NCBI GenBank assembly: GCA_013203185.1
Contig: JABMOS010000028.1
Span: forward strand, 2,292-66,291
Source: Fidelibacterota bacterium
GTDB taxonomy: Bacteria > Fidelibacterota > UBA8477 > JABMPR01
DNA length: 64,000 nt
Direction of reading: 5' to 3'
In this document: one piece after another, positions 9,425-18,581 of the stretch
Layout: every line of letters begins with the position of its first letter
Position numbering within the stretch: position 1 is the first letter of the stretch
The notes under the pieces: generated by a model
What the model saw: only the letters and a program-made list of their open reading frames with translations
Database searches by the model: none
What the model was told of the DNA's origin: nothing
Program-made: the position numbers and the translations under genes

Positions 9425-9667
9425 ACGCTTTCCACAACTCAGGTAACTCTTGGAATTTCCCCTTACACCCTCCCATCACGGTGTCTAAATTCATGGCTTG
9501 AAAAACTGAACTGAATACAGTCAATTTCAGATATGAAAGCTCCTGACCGTCATCGCGAAGAAGCATAGCGCCTGTGGCGAACGCTAAATTCTAGATTGCC
9601 ACGTCCCCCGCTCAAAGCGGTGTCCTCGCAATGACTATCTGTTGATAAATAAAGGTAAGATGTAAAC

Positions 9668-12328
9668 ATGGCACAAGAACTCAGCAAACGTTATGACGCC
9701 TCTCTCATTGAGGATAAATGGTACCAGCATTGGCTGGAGCAAAATTACTTCCATTCCGAACCGGATGAGACCAAGAAACCCTATACCATTGTTATCCCAC
9801 CACCCAATGTGACAGGGATTCTCACTCTGGGTCATGTACTTAACAATACCATGCAGGACATCCTCATTCGCTGGCGTCGTATGCAGGGCCGTGAGGCTTG
9901 CTGGATCCCTGGTACTGATCATGCCTCCATTGCCACAGAAACCAAAGTAGTGAACATGCTCCGCGAAAAGGGCATCACCAAACATGAGATTGGTCGAGAC
10001 GCCTTCCTGGTACATGCCTGGGAATGGAAAGAAAAATACGGTGGTATTATTATCGAGCAGCTCAAAAAGCTGGGTGCCTCTTGTGATTGGGAGCGGGAAC
10101 GCTTCACCATGGATGATGACTATTACAAGGCTGTCCTTCATTCTTTTGTTGAACTCTATAACGCTGGTTACATCTACCGCGGTAAACGTCTGGTAAACTG
10201 GTGTCCCAAGACCAAGTCTGCCATCTCCGATGAAGAAGTCATCTACCAGGAACGCAACAGTCATCTCTGGCACATGCGTTACCCGATTAAGGATTCAGAT
10301 GATTATCTCGTCGTGGCAACGACTCGACCTGAAACCATGTTAGGTGATACCGGGGTTGCCGTCCATCCTGATGATGAGCGCTACCAGCACCTCATTGGCA
10401 AACATGTGATTTTACCGCTGGTTGGACGTGAAATCCCCATTTTCGCTGATGAATATGTGGATAAGGATTTTGGAACCGGTTGCGTAAAAATCACGCCATC
10501 CCACGATCCCAATGATTGGGAAATGGGGAAGCGTCACTCCCTCGAATTCATCAACATCTTTAATGAAGATGCCTCCATGAATAACAATGTCCCAGGAAAA
10601 TTTATTGGCCTGGATCGTTTTGAAGCCCGTGAAGTTGTGATTGAACAACTTAAAGAGCTCAATCTTATGGAAAAAATTGAAGAGCATGTCCACAAAGTAG
10701 GATACTCCGAACGCGGCAATGTTCCCATTGAACCTTATGAGTCTGAACAATGGTTCATGAATATGACTGAATTGGTCAAACCTGCGCTCCAGGCAGTCCG
10801 TGACGACAAAATAAAATTTCATCCCGCCCACTGGACCAAGACCTATGAACACTGGATGACCAACATCAAGGATTGGTGCATCAGTCGTCAATTATGGTGG
10901 GGTCACCGTATTCCGGTGTACACCTGTCAGGGTTGTAATGAAATCATGGTTCAGGTGGAAACGCCCTCCGTTTGTAGCAACTGTGGATCAGACAAACTAC
11001 ATCAGGATGAAGACGTTCTGGACACCTGGTCATCTTCCTGGTTATGGCCCTTCGCCGTACACCAATGGCCAGAGGATAGCAAAGATCTGGATTATTATTA
11101 TCCTACCAATGATCTGGTTACTGGTCCTGATATTATCTTTTTCTGGGTAGCTCGGATGATCATGGCTGGTTATCAGTTTAAGGGCGACATTCCTTTTGAA
11201 AATGTCTATTTCACCAGCATCATTCGAGATGGTGATGGACGCAAAATGTCCAAGTCCCTGGGAAATTCACCTGATCCACTCGATCTCATTTCAAAATATG
11301 GGGCAGATGCCTTGCGTTTTGGTGTCATGCTAATCGCTCCTAAAGGCCAGGACATCCTTTTTGTCGAGGAGCGTCTGGATGTAGCTCGTAATTTTATGAA
11401 CAAGGTCTGGAATGCCAGTCGCTTTGTTCTCATGAATAAAGATTTTGAACTCACATCTGATCACCTCAATCCTGAAAAATGGCAAGACCTTGAGCTTCCC
11501 GATCGTTGGATTCTTCACCGCCTTAATGTGACCATCGCACGAGTAACCAAGCAGCTGGAGAACTTCTCCTTTGATGAAACTGCGCGATCTCTCTGGGACT
11601 TTATCTGGAATGACTTCTGTGACTGGTACATCGAGATGATCAAGATGCGTTTGTATGATGGAACCGAGGCTCAAAAACAAACGGTTATGTCTGTGGCAAT
11701 CTATGTGTTGCGTGATATCATGAAAATGCTCCATCCCTATGCTCCTTTCATGAGTGAGGAAATCTGGCAGCAGGTCAAGTTGGCCGATGAACCCGATCTC
11801 ATTGTGGCACAGTGGCCAGAGGTGAAAGAGGTATTTGATGCCCCCTCCGAGGCCAAGGAAACCGACTTTCTAAAGAAAGTAATTACCGCCGTACGAACAG
11901 TTCGCTCCGAGATGAATGTGCCCCCATCACAAGCTATAAAATTGGTTGGTCGTGTGCATAGTCAGGCCCAGTTAGATATTTTAACAAAAACCAAAGCAAC
12001 CATTGCCAAACTCACCCGCTGTGATGAATTCACGCTGGGTCTTGATGTGGAGAAGCCAGGTTTTGCTGCTTCTGCCATGGTGGAGAAGATGGAGCTGTTT
12101 ATTCCTCTGGAAGGTCTGATTGACCTGGAAAAGGAAATAGAGCGGCTTGAAAAAGAAATCACAACCACTGAAGGTCTGCTGAAGTCGGTTCAAGGCAAGT
12201 TGACCAACAAGAATTTTGTGGACCGAGCACCTGAAGCAGTGGTAGCAAAAGAGCACGATAAATTGGATCACTATGCCCAATCTCTGGACAAGCTGAGAGA
12301 GCACCTTGAAACCATGAAAGCGTTGTAA
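9668..12328 (+). CDS. valS: Valine--tRNA ligase
   Basis: 886 aa. HIGH-region PPPNVTGILTLGHV, KMSKS motif KMSKSLGN, C-terminal coiled coil. Confidence 0.97.
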   Translation: MAQELSKRYDASLIEDKWYQHWLEQNYFHSEPDETKKPYTIVIPPPNVTGILTLGHVLNNTMQDILIRWRRMQGREACWIPGTDHASIATETKVVNMLREKGITKHEIGRDAFLVHAWEWKEKYGGIIIEQLKKLGASCDWERERFTMDDDYYKAVLHSFVELYNAGYIYRGKRLVNWCPKTKSAISDEEVIYQERNSHLWHMRYPIKDSDDYLVVATTRPETMLGDTGVAVHPDDERYQHLIGKHVILPLVGREIPIFADEYVDKDFGTGCVKITPSHDPNDWEMGKRHSLEFINIFNEDASMNNNVPGKFIGLDRFEAREVVIEQLKELNLMEKIEEHVHKVGYSERGNVPIEPYESEQWFMNMTELVKPALQAVRDDKIKFHPAHWTKTYEHWMTNIKDWCISRQLWWGHRIPVYTCQGCNEIMVQVETPSVCSNCGSDKLHQDEDVLDTWSSSWLWPFAVHQWPEDSKDLDYYYPTNDLVTGPDIIFFWVARMIMAGYQFKGDIPFENVYFTSIIRDGDGRKMSKSLGNSPDPLDLISKYGADALRFGVMLIAPKGQDILFVEERLDVARNFMNKVWNASRFVLMNKDFELTSDHLNPEKWQDLELPDRWILHRLNVTIARVTKQLENFSFDETARSLWDFIWNDFCDWYIEMIKMRLYDGTEAQKQTVMSVAIYVLRDIMKMLHPYAPFMSEEIWQQVKLADEPDLIVAQWPEVKEVFDAPSEAKETDFLKKVITAVRTVRSEMNVPPSQAIKLVGRVHSQAQLDILTKTKATIAKLTRCDEFTLGLDVEKPGFAASAMVEKMELFIPLEGLIDLEKEIERLEKEITTTEGLLKSVQGKLTNKNFVDRAPEAVVAKEHDKLDHYAQSLDKLREHLETMKAL

Positions 12329-12443
12329 AATATTTTCCACCATGGACTAGGCAGGGATTCGAAACGAAGTAAGCCGAGCGTAGCGCAGGCAATCCCTGCT
12401 CGGGGGACACGAAAAAACGCGTCAGAATTACAAGAGGAGCAAA

Positions 12444-14078
12444 ATGAAGACCAGAAACCTGGCCATATTATTCTTAAGTATACTTCTTCTCGCCACTTGC
12501 AAACCTGAAGAGAAACCAAAGCTAGTTGTCGTCATAGTTGTCGACCACCTTGCTCATTTTACCTACGAACATTACAAGCCGGTTTTTACCCAGGGTTTTA
12601 AATGGCTGGCTGACCATGGTAATAGCTTTGATAATGCCCATTACGAACATGGCTACTGCGCAACAGGACCAGGACACTTTGTCCTTGGTTCTGGACTAAA
12701 CCCTGGTCCAGCTGGCGTTTTGGGGAACTACTGGTATGATCGTGTCCAGAAAAAGGATGTTTATTGTGTGGGCGATCCCGACGCCAATGAATTGGATATC
12801 CCTGCAAATCAGGTGTCCTATAACAAGGTTAATGGCACAAGCTTTGGAGATTGGCTAAAAGTCGCTTCACCCCGATCAAAGGTCTATGGTGTGTCCACCA
12901 AGGACAGGTCTGCAATTATGATGTCAGGAAAAAATCCTGACCTGGCACTGTGGTACAATTACCGCGGGTCGTTTACCACGACTGATTATTACACTGATAC
13001 AATCCCCTCCTGGCTACACGACTTCAACAAAAATTTTGATGTTCTAGGATATCGAGATTCTGTCTGGAATACTAATATTGATATAGAACTCCTTGCAGAA
13101 TATACCCATGGTGATTCTTTCTATGGTGAATCAGATCGCTTTGAAAAGGATATCTATAGCCCGGTTTTCCCTATTGGATATGAGGCGGATTGGGACGATG
13201 AGAAGGTCTATGGGGAATTTCCTGGACGTCCCTGGATGGATCGTGCTGTTCTAGACTTGGCATCAACCATTGTTCAAACTGCTAATCTGGGTCAGGATGA
13301 TGCTCCTGATGTGCTGAATATTAGCCTATCCACAATGGATTGGTTAGCTCATTATTACGGACCCTTTTCCCACGAGGTGATGGATCATCTGGTAAAAGTA
13401 GATGGCTATCTCATGAACTTTATTGAATTTCTGGATCAAAACGTTGGTCTTGAGCACGTGACCTTTGTTCTTTCTTCTGACCATGGTGGGTTGCCCCTCC
13501 CGGAACACTGGACCCATGTCATGAAGAAATCTGGTGGTCGTGTGGATGAAGCGCGCTATCAGGCGACCCGCAATAAGGCCTATGCTGAGCTGGATTCGCT
13601 CTATGGAAGTCATGATTTTATTCACCGACAAGGCTCAAGCTACTACTATAACTTCTCAATGATGGATTCAATTGGCGTCCAGTCAGTCTTGGTAGATTCA
13701 GTTCTCCAGACTTATATGGAATCAATAGAGGGTGTATATCGTCTCTATACCAAAAAAGAACTCCTGGCTGCGACCCCAGACGATTATCTGGCTTATCGAC
13801 TTAGAAATTTCATGCATCCAGAATTAAGCCCGGACTTATACACTTTGCTGGAAGAGGGATGGTTATTCCGCAATCCATATGGCACGTCACACAGCACCCC
13901 CTATGAATATGATAGCCATGTTCCTCTCATATTCAGTTCGGCAAAACTGCAACCCACAAGCATCATGGATTCTGTGGCCATCCTGGATATGTCTGCCACG
14001 ATTGGTGATATCCTCGGTGTGGAACCCCTGAACAATATTGATGGAAAAAGCCTCCTCTCTCGTTTGATTTCTAACTAA
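12444..14078 (+). CDS. Alkaline-phosphatase-superfamily lipoprotein (type I phosphodiesterase / nucleotide pyrophosphatase-like)
   Basis: Lipobox LLATC, VVVIVVDHLAHF, SSDHGG metal-site motif. 544 aa. Confidence 0.7.
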   Translation: MKTRNLAILFLSILLLATCKPEEKPKLVVVIVVDHLAHFTYEHYKPVFTQGFKWLADHGNSFDNAHYEHGYCATGPGHFVLGSGLNPGPAGVLGNYWYDRVQKKDVYCVGDPDANELDIPANQVSYNKVNGTSFGDWLKVASPRSKVYGVSTKDRSAIMMSGKNPDLALWYNYRGSFTTTDYYTDTIPSWLHDFNKNFDVLGYRDSVWNTNIDIELLAEYTHGDSFYGESDRFEKDIYSPVFPIGYEADWDDEKVYGEFPGRPWMDRAVLDLASTIVQTANLGQDDAPDVLNISLSTMDWLAHYYGPFSHEVMDHLVKVDGYLMNFIEFLDQNVGLEHVTFVLSSDHGGLPLPEHWTHVMKKSGGRVDEARYQATRNKAYAELDSLYGSHDFIHRQGSSYYYNFSMMDSIGVQSVLVDSVLQTYMESIEGVYRLYTKKELLAATPDDYLAYRLRNFMHPELSPDLYTLLEEGWLFRNPYGTSHSTPYEYDSHVPLIFSSAKLQPTSIMDSVAILDMSATIGDILGVEPLNNIDGKSLLSRLISN

Positions 14079-14204
14079 GATTTCAACCATGATAATTGCT
14101 TAGACACCTTTTGTAGGGCACTTCATTGTGCCCTAAATCATTGTTATTAAGTGGCAAGGCCTTATATTCCAAATCATCATAGATGTGGCATAGGGAGGTG
14201 TATC

Positions 14205-15095
14205 ATGCGAGCACAAAAATATCGATTTCCAATCGTGGTGATCCAGATGATTTGTTTGCTAGCGCTTCTCCAGCAGTGTGCCTGGCTTGTTGGCGACAAA
14301 GCCTCTGAGGATATAGTAAAACCTCGCCCAGTAGGGGGATATGAAACCCTGAGCACACGCATCCATTATCCCAGGGCCATTCGAGAGGCTGGCATTGAAG
14401 GGACTGTGACCGTTAACGCCCTCATTTCAATTGAAGGTCAGGTGAAGCAAACCCGGGTTATGAAATCCCTCCACCCGGAATTGGATCAGATTGTGACCAA
14501 CGCCATCAAACGTACCGCCTTTGAGCCGGCAACCAGGGCTGGCAAACCAGAAGAGGTCTGGATATCCATTCCATTCATTTTTGCTTTCAAAGATTGGTCA
14601 TCAAAAGACACACCATTCAAATCTTTCATCATGACTATCCATCCTGATCCAGCATACAAGAATTTTGAAGTTGAAATTGAGGGACAATTAAAAGATGGCC
14701 TGGAATGGCCTCAACGTTTTGAATGCCTGCTACCCTTTAATGCCTCCCAACCCTGGGTTCATGCTGGAGATGGTACGGCCCCCATTTCGGGGATTATGAA
14801 TGATGATAGGGGGGAGTGGTTAATCTTTCAAGTATCCAGCAGGGACCTGTCTTTCGGCTTCACCTATAAGGCCATGGATGAAGTATATAACCAGAAATTT
14901 TTATATGAATTCACCATGAATCACGCCCTCCCCGATTGGGTTTTGAGGGTGGTCTATGGCAGCCAGACAGTAAAATTTACACAAACACCAGATAGGACGA
15001 CCACCCTGGACAATGGGGAGACCCAGTTTGAATATGATTTTAGTGCCCAGGATACCTACGAGTCGAGGTATTTGGACATTGAACTTCAGAAATAG
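14205..15095 (+). CDS. TonB C-terminal-domain protein carrying an extra uncharacterised ~170 aa C-terminal domain
   Basis: ATG at 14205 with GGGAGG upstream. N-terminal TM segment. IHYPRAIREAGIEGTVTVNALISIEGQV...LDQIVTNAIKRTAFEPATRAGKPEEVWISIPFIF matches TonB_C. No Pro-rich spacer. Confidence 0.65.
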   Translation: MRAQKYRFPIVVIQMICLLALLQQCAWLVGDKASEDIVKPRPVGGYETLSTRIHYPRAIREAGIEGTVTVNALISIEGQVKQTRVMKSLHPELDQIVTNAIKRTAFEPATRAGKPEEVWISIPFIFAFKDWSSKDTPFKSFIMTIHPDPAYKNFEVEIEGQLKDGLEWPQRFECLLPFNASQPWVHAGDGTAPISGIMNDDRGEWLIFQVSSRDLSFGFTYKAMDEVYNQKFLYEFTMNHALPDWVLRVVYGSQTVKFTQTPDRTTTLDNGETQFEYDFSAQDTYESRYLDIELQK

Positions 15096-15252
15096 GATGT
15101 CGAGATATAGATGACAAGAATCATCCTTGACAAAGCATGCCTACAAAGCAACATTTAGAGACTTGTTTAGAATCAGCAAAAATTTGTGTATGCAGCATAA
15201 TGTTTACTGCTAGAATCGTCATTTTTAACTGAATAAAACGGAAGAAAAAGCT

Positions 15253-15789
15253 ATGGAAAAAGTACAGGGATATACCAGAAAAAAGACAATCATGGAGCAA
15301 TACCCCAGCCGACAAGCCCTGGTGTATTCTGGAGCGGCATTTCTTATCTTAGTCACAGGGCTAAGAACCGTTCTTTCTGTAGCAGAGGAAGGCTTCGGCT
15401 TTATAGAGTTTGTAACCATTGGCGCCCTGGCTGTAGAGTTCAGCCTCTTGCTTCTATATGCATTGACCATTTATCAGGCAGGAAAAGAAACTTTTCTGAT
15501 CACGCTTGAAGAAGAAGCAGCCGAAATGGAGGGTGGCGGGGAATCCGCCGATGGTAGCCCTGCCCCTGTGAAAGAGTTTGCTGTGCAGTCTGCAGATGTT
15601 CCCGAAGTTGCAAAAGAAATCAACAAGTTTACCAAACAAGCCACTGTCCTCATTGATCGGCTCGCAAAAAATGCAGAGCAAAGCGAGAATTTGAATCAAC
15701 ACCTGAAAGAACTGGCTGATGAGCAGATCAATATTCGGGTCCGCAATGAGATTCAACGATTGTTAAGCGCTAATATGAGTGCCAAATAA
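15253..15789 (+). CDS. GldL/PorL-like inner-membrane protein (T9SS/gliding motor A-type subunit homologue); tentative
   Basis: Two TM helices, VYSGAAFLILVTGLRTVL and TIGALAVEFSLLLLYAL, followed by a cytoplasmic coiled coil. GldL TM1 has Y..GAAVVI.GALFK and GldL/PorL TM2 carries a buried Glu (GldL ...GTEAL.., PorL ..LVEVVV..). Here both YS.GAA...I and the intramembrane Glu (AVEF) are present. Confidence 0.5.
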   Translation: MEKVQGYTRKKTIMEQYPSRQALVYSGAAFLILVTGLRTVLSVAEEGFGFIEFVTIGALAVEFSLLLLYALTIYQAGKETFLITLEEEAAEMEGGGESADGSPAPVKEFAVQSADVPEVAKEINKFTKQATVLIDRLAKNAEQSENLNQHLKELADEQINIRVRNEIQRLLSANMSAK

Positions 15790-15807
15790 ACCGACAGGAG
15801 TAGCCGC

Positions 15808-17220
15808 ATGGCTCGCAAGAAAAAGTTCCAAGCTCGTGTCGAAGTTTATTTTATCATTTATATCGCCACGATTGTCAGCTTCTTCGCTATCGAAGGTGAA
15901 GTAAAACATTTCAAAGATAACCAGAAGAAAATTTTACTGGAAGTATCTAAAGATAAGATCCAGAATCTTGTTAGAATTCGGAATGCCACCGATATTCACA
16001 GCAAAGACACCATCAACTTGAAGGTCTCACTTGACGGTGCGTTTTCAAAAGATTCCTTTGAGGGTATCGTCCACCTCAGCCCCATTGATGCACCAGAAGA
16101 GCTGGCGCTTAAAGATTTATCTTACAACCTGGCTCCCAAAAATCATGATCCAGACAATAAGACCTTTATTGCAGTCATTCCCAAATCAGATTTTGATTTA
16201 AAGGCTGAAATTCTATATCGTATGTCAGCGGATATTAGCGTGATGCCCGATGAGGAGTTAGTCCGGTTGGAATTGGAGAAGTCGTATTCAGATAAAACCA
16301 TTGTCCACAAGATCATGGATGCCATGACTGATGTGGGAAAAATTTCCCTGGAAAAAAAATTCCAAAACACACTGGATCCTGCTGGTGGGGCCATTCAGGC
16401 GCCTTTCACCATTACGGTGGACCGCCCCCGGGTCAGCATTGTTGAGGGATTACCCTGGGAAGTCCGGGTTATTATCGGTGGTATAGTCGATTCAGATGAT
16501 CTGGAGATTTCAGCCATTAAGGGTGGAAATCTCATTGGAAATCTCAGTGCCAGCACACCAGTTACAACCGTCTCAGGTAGAGGTCGCAAAGATGGTCAGA
16601 TCACCCTGCGGGGAACCAGGCTTTCTGATGAAGAATATGTCGATGTTGACTTCCAGCTTCAGGTGAGACCTCCCGTTTGGCAAAAGCCACCTTCGGTAAG
16701 CGAAGCCTACGTAGGCGACCCCTTTATCTTTGAAGGTGCACTAAGAGATATACCTTCCTCAGAGACATCTGTCCGAGTTGGTGGAACCGCAGTACGTGGC
16801 GGCATAATGCCTGGTACCGTTGCACAGCTACAAGATTTATCTGAAGAAGGCAATATAACCTTCCAGGTTCTGGTGGATGGTCGTGAAGTCAAGGGCATGA
16901 ATCATTCAGTCACAGTAGTAAAACCCCCAGCACCCAAGGTTTCAACCAATCCAGTAGGTCGCGATGGGAATTACCTAACCTTTGAGATTACCACTTATGG
17001 CAAGAACAATAGTATTCGACGCTTCAGGAAGAAAGGTGGCATCGGATCAAATCGCCAAATGGGAGAGGCTCAGGTTCTGGGAAGTCGTAAGATCTATCGC
17101 TGGGAAGTTGAACTTGAGGAACCCCTGGACAATGTTGAATCTCAGGAAATCAAGTTTAGCGTCGATGATCAAAACAAGAGTGCAACATCATACCGCAAAA
17201 TTTTTATCTATAACTACTAA
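15808..17220 (+). CDS. GldM/PorM-like bitopic periplasmic protein (T9SS/gliding motor B-type subunit homologue); tentative
   Basis: Single N-terminal TM segment, RVEVYFIIYIATIVSFFAIEGEV, with Arg and Tyr spaced R-x7-Y as in GldM (R9...Y17: RQKMINLMYLVFIAMLALNVSKEV). Then about 430 aa of beta-rich, Ig-like periplasmic sequence. 470 aa, against 513 for GldM. Confidence 0.5.
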   Translation: MARKKKFQARVEVYFIIYIATIVSFFAIEGEVKHFKDNQKKILLEVSKDKIQNLVRIRNATDIHSKDTINLKVSLDGAFSKDSFEGIVHLSPIDAPEELALKDLSYNLAPKNHDPDNKTFIAVIPKSDFDLKAEILYRMSADISVMPDEELVRLELEKSYSDKTIVHKIMDAMTDVGKISLEKKFQNTLDPAGGAIQAPFTITVDRPRVSIVEGLPWEVRVIIGGIVDSDDLEISAIKGGNLIGNLSASTPVTTVSGRGRKDGQITLRGTRLSDEEYVDVDFQLQVRPPVWQKPPSVSEAYVGDPFIFEGALRDIPSSETSVRVGGTAVRGGIMPGTVAQLQDLSEEGNITFQVLVDGREVKGMNHSVTVVKPPAPKVSTNPVGRDGNYLTFEITTYGKNNSIRRFRKKGGIGSNRQMGEAQVLGSRKIYRWEVELEEPLDNVESQEIKFSVDDQNKSATSYRKIFIYNY

Positions 17221-17270
17221 AGGAAAGACGTCGAATATAATATGTTTGAAATGATAAGAGGGAGGGTCCT

Positions 17271-18575
17271 GTGAAAATACGAAACCTCATAACTTCATTT
17301 ATTATGCTTGTCTTTGTATCCACACTGTGGGCACAAGGATTTCAGGAAACGGGCAAGCTGGAATGGGTTGTTAAAGATCGTGAATTTAGCCGAAGCTTCA
17401 TGGAAGCCTACATCGATACCCTTATGGAGATTGATGATATGGCCGAATTGGAAGTTCAGGAAACTGATGAACTACGAGTGATTGTCGGCATCGATGTGGA
17501 AGGCCACGCCACCCTGGAAAGCATTTATGCTAAAGGACGCAGTGGTGTCTTGAACAAGCTGGTAACAGCGGTGTTGGATAGCATGGATGTAGAAATGGTT
17601 CAGCGCATTCAAAGTCGTAAATACAACTGGGACTATCTTGCCGCTGTGGATGTTGGCGGTGGCCGTGGTGATGTCATCAACGTTTTTGAGGAACGCAGCA
17701 ACAAGCAGGTCCGCGATGCTTTCTGGTGGACACATCGCCGCGTAGATATTTCCGTTTTTCCTCGAATGTTTATTCGTGTAAATCCCAATTTTGCTTTTGC
17801 CACGGAATTTGGACGACAGGATCTGGGTTTTCCTGCCGCAGCTTCCCGGACCCTGAACATGGGTCTGGCCACAGAAGTCTTAAAATTTTATGTGACGCTG
17901 CCTGCTTCCTATTTGAATCTCATGAAGAGTAGTAATTCTCCCCTTGAAGGAACATTCGGTGGTGTCTTGAAATTTGACTCCCCCAATTTTGGTGGTAGCC
18001 TGTCTTTTCAAGACATGAACTTTTTAGGAAATACAGATACAACCGGCTTCCTGAATCCTTCAAATGTGGTCTATAACCCCTCATCTGGCCAATTCTATTA
18101 TAGCTTCACCAGCCGTATTGGAACCACTGCCGACCAGCCAGGTTTTGTCCCCTTAGGATCACTACGCCTCCAGATAGGGTTTAGCTATATGCAATTTGCC
18201 TATGGTGATGTCCTGGATACTGAAGCTGGTGTTTCAGATGGTATTGGTTCCTTCAGGTTGCTGGACAAAAGTGATCCCCTGGAATCGGTATTTGGTCTGT
18301 TCAGAGCAGAGTATGCTTCGGACATGAACAACCGGTATTTCAATCGATTTAAATTGGCCGCTCAACTCAATATTGGCTTAAATGGCTTTGGTGGTTTTGA
18401 TTTCACCACAGCCTATACTATCACAGAATGGCTGGGTGTGAACTTGAACATGACCTACTTCTGGAGTCCCATGACTTTCAATTATCCTGATCCGACTCCA
18501 GGCTCAACCGAAACGCTTAGTTATGATTGGGAACCAGGTTTCTTCATTGTCCCATCCATAGCAGTGTACTTCTAG
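17271..18575 (+). CDS. Secreted putative outer-membrane beta-barrel protein (PorV/PorQ-like?), hypothetical
   Basis: SPI signal peptide ...LWAQG. Gly/aromatic-rich alternating amphipathic strands. Ends in ...IAVYF, a C-terminal Phe typical of OMP barrels. Confidence 0.4.
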   Translation: MKIRNLITSFIMLVFVSTLWAQGFQETGKLEWVVKDREFSRSFMEAYIDTLMEIDDMAELEVQETDELRVIVGIDVEGHATLESIYAKGRSGVLNKLVTAVLDSMDVEMVQRIQSRKYNWDYLAAVDVGGGRGDVINVFEERSNKQVRDAFWWTHRRVDISVFPRMFIRVNPNFAFATEFGRQDLGFPAAASRTLNMGLATEVLKFYVTLPASYLNLMKSSNSPLEGTFGGVLKFDSPNFGGSLSFQDMNFLGNTDTTGFLNPSNVVYNPSSGQFYYSFTSRIGTTADQPGFVPLGSLRLQIGFSYMQFAYGDVLDTEAGVSDGIGSFRLLDKSDPLESVFGLFRAEYASDMNNRYFNRFKLAAQLNIGLNGFGGFDFTTAYTITEWLGVNLNMTYFWSPMTFNYPDPTPGSTETLSYDWEPGFFIVPSIAVYF

Positions 18576-18581
18576 GAGGAT

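Noticed and set aside
9919-12343. Multiple short antisense and alternate-frame ORFs inside valS
   Set aside because: They are fully embedded in a confidently identified 886-aa valS reading frame and carry no motifs.
12329-12443. Possible rho-independent terminator after valS
   Set aside because: There is a perfect 9-bp stem but a 31-nt loop and no downstream U-run. It is reported as a hairpin/repeat finding instead.
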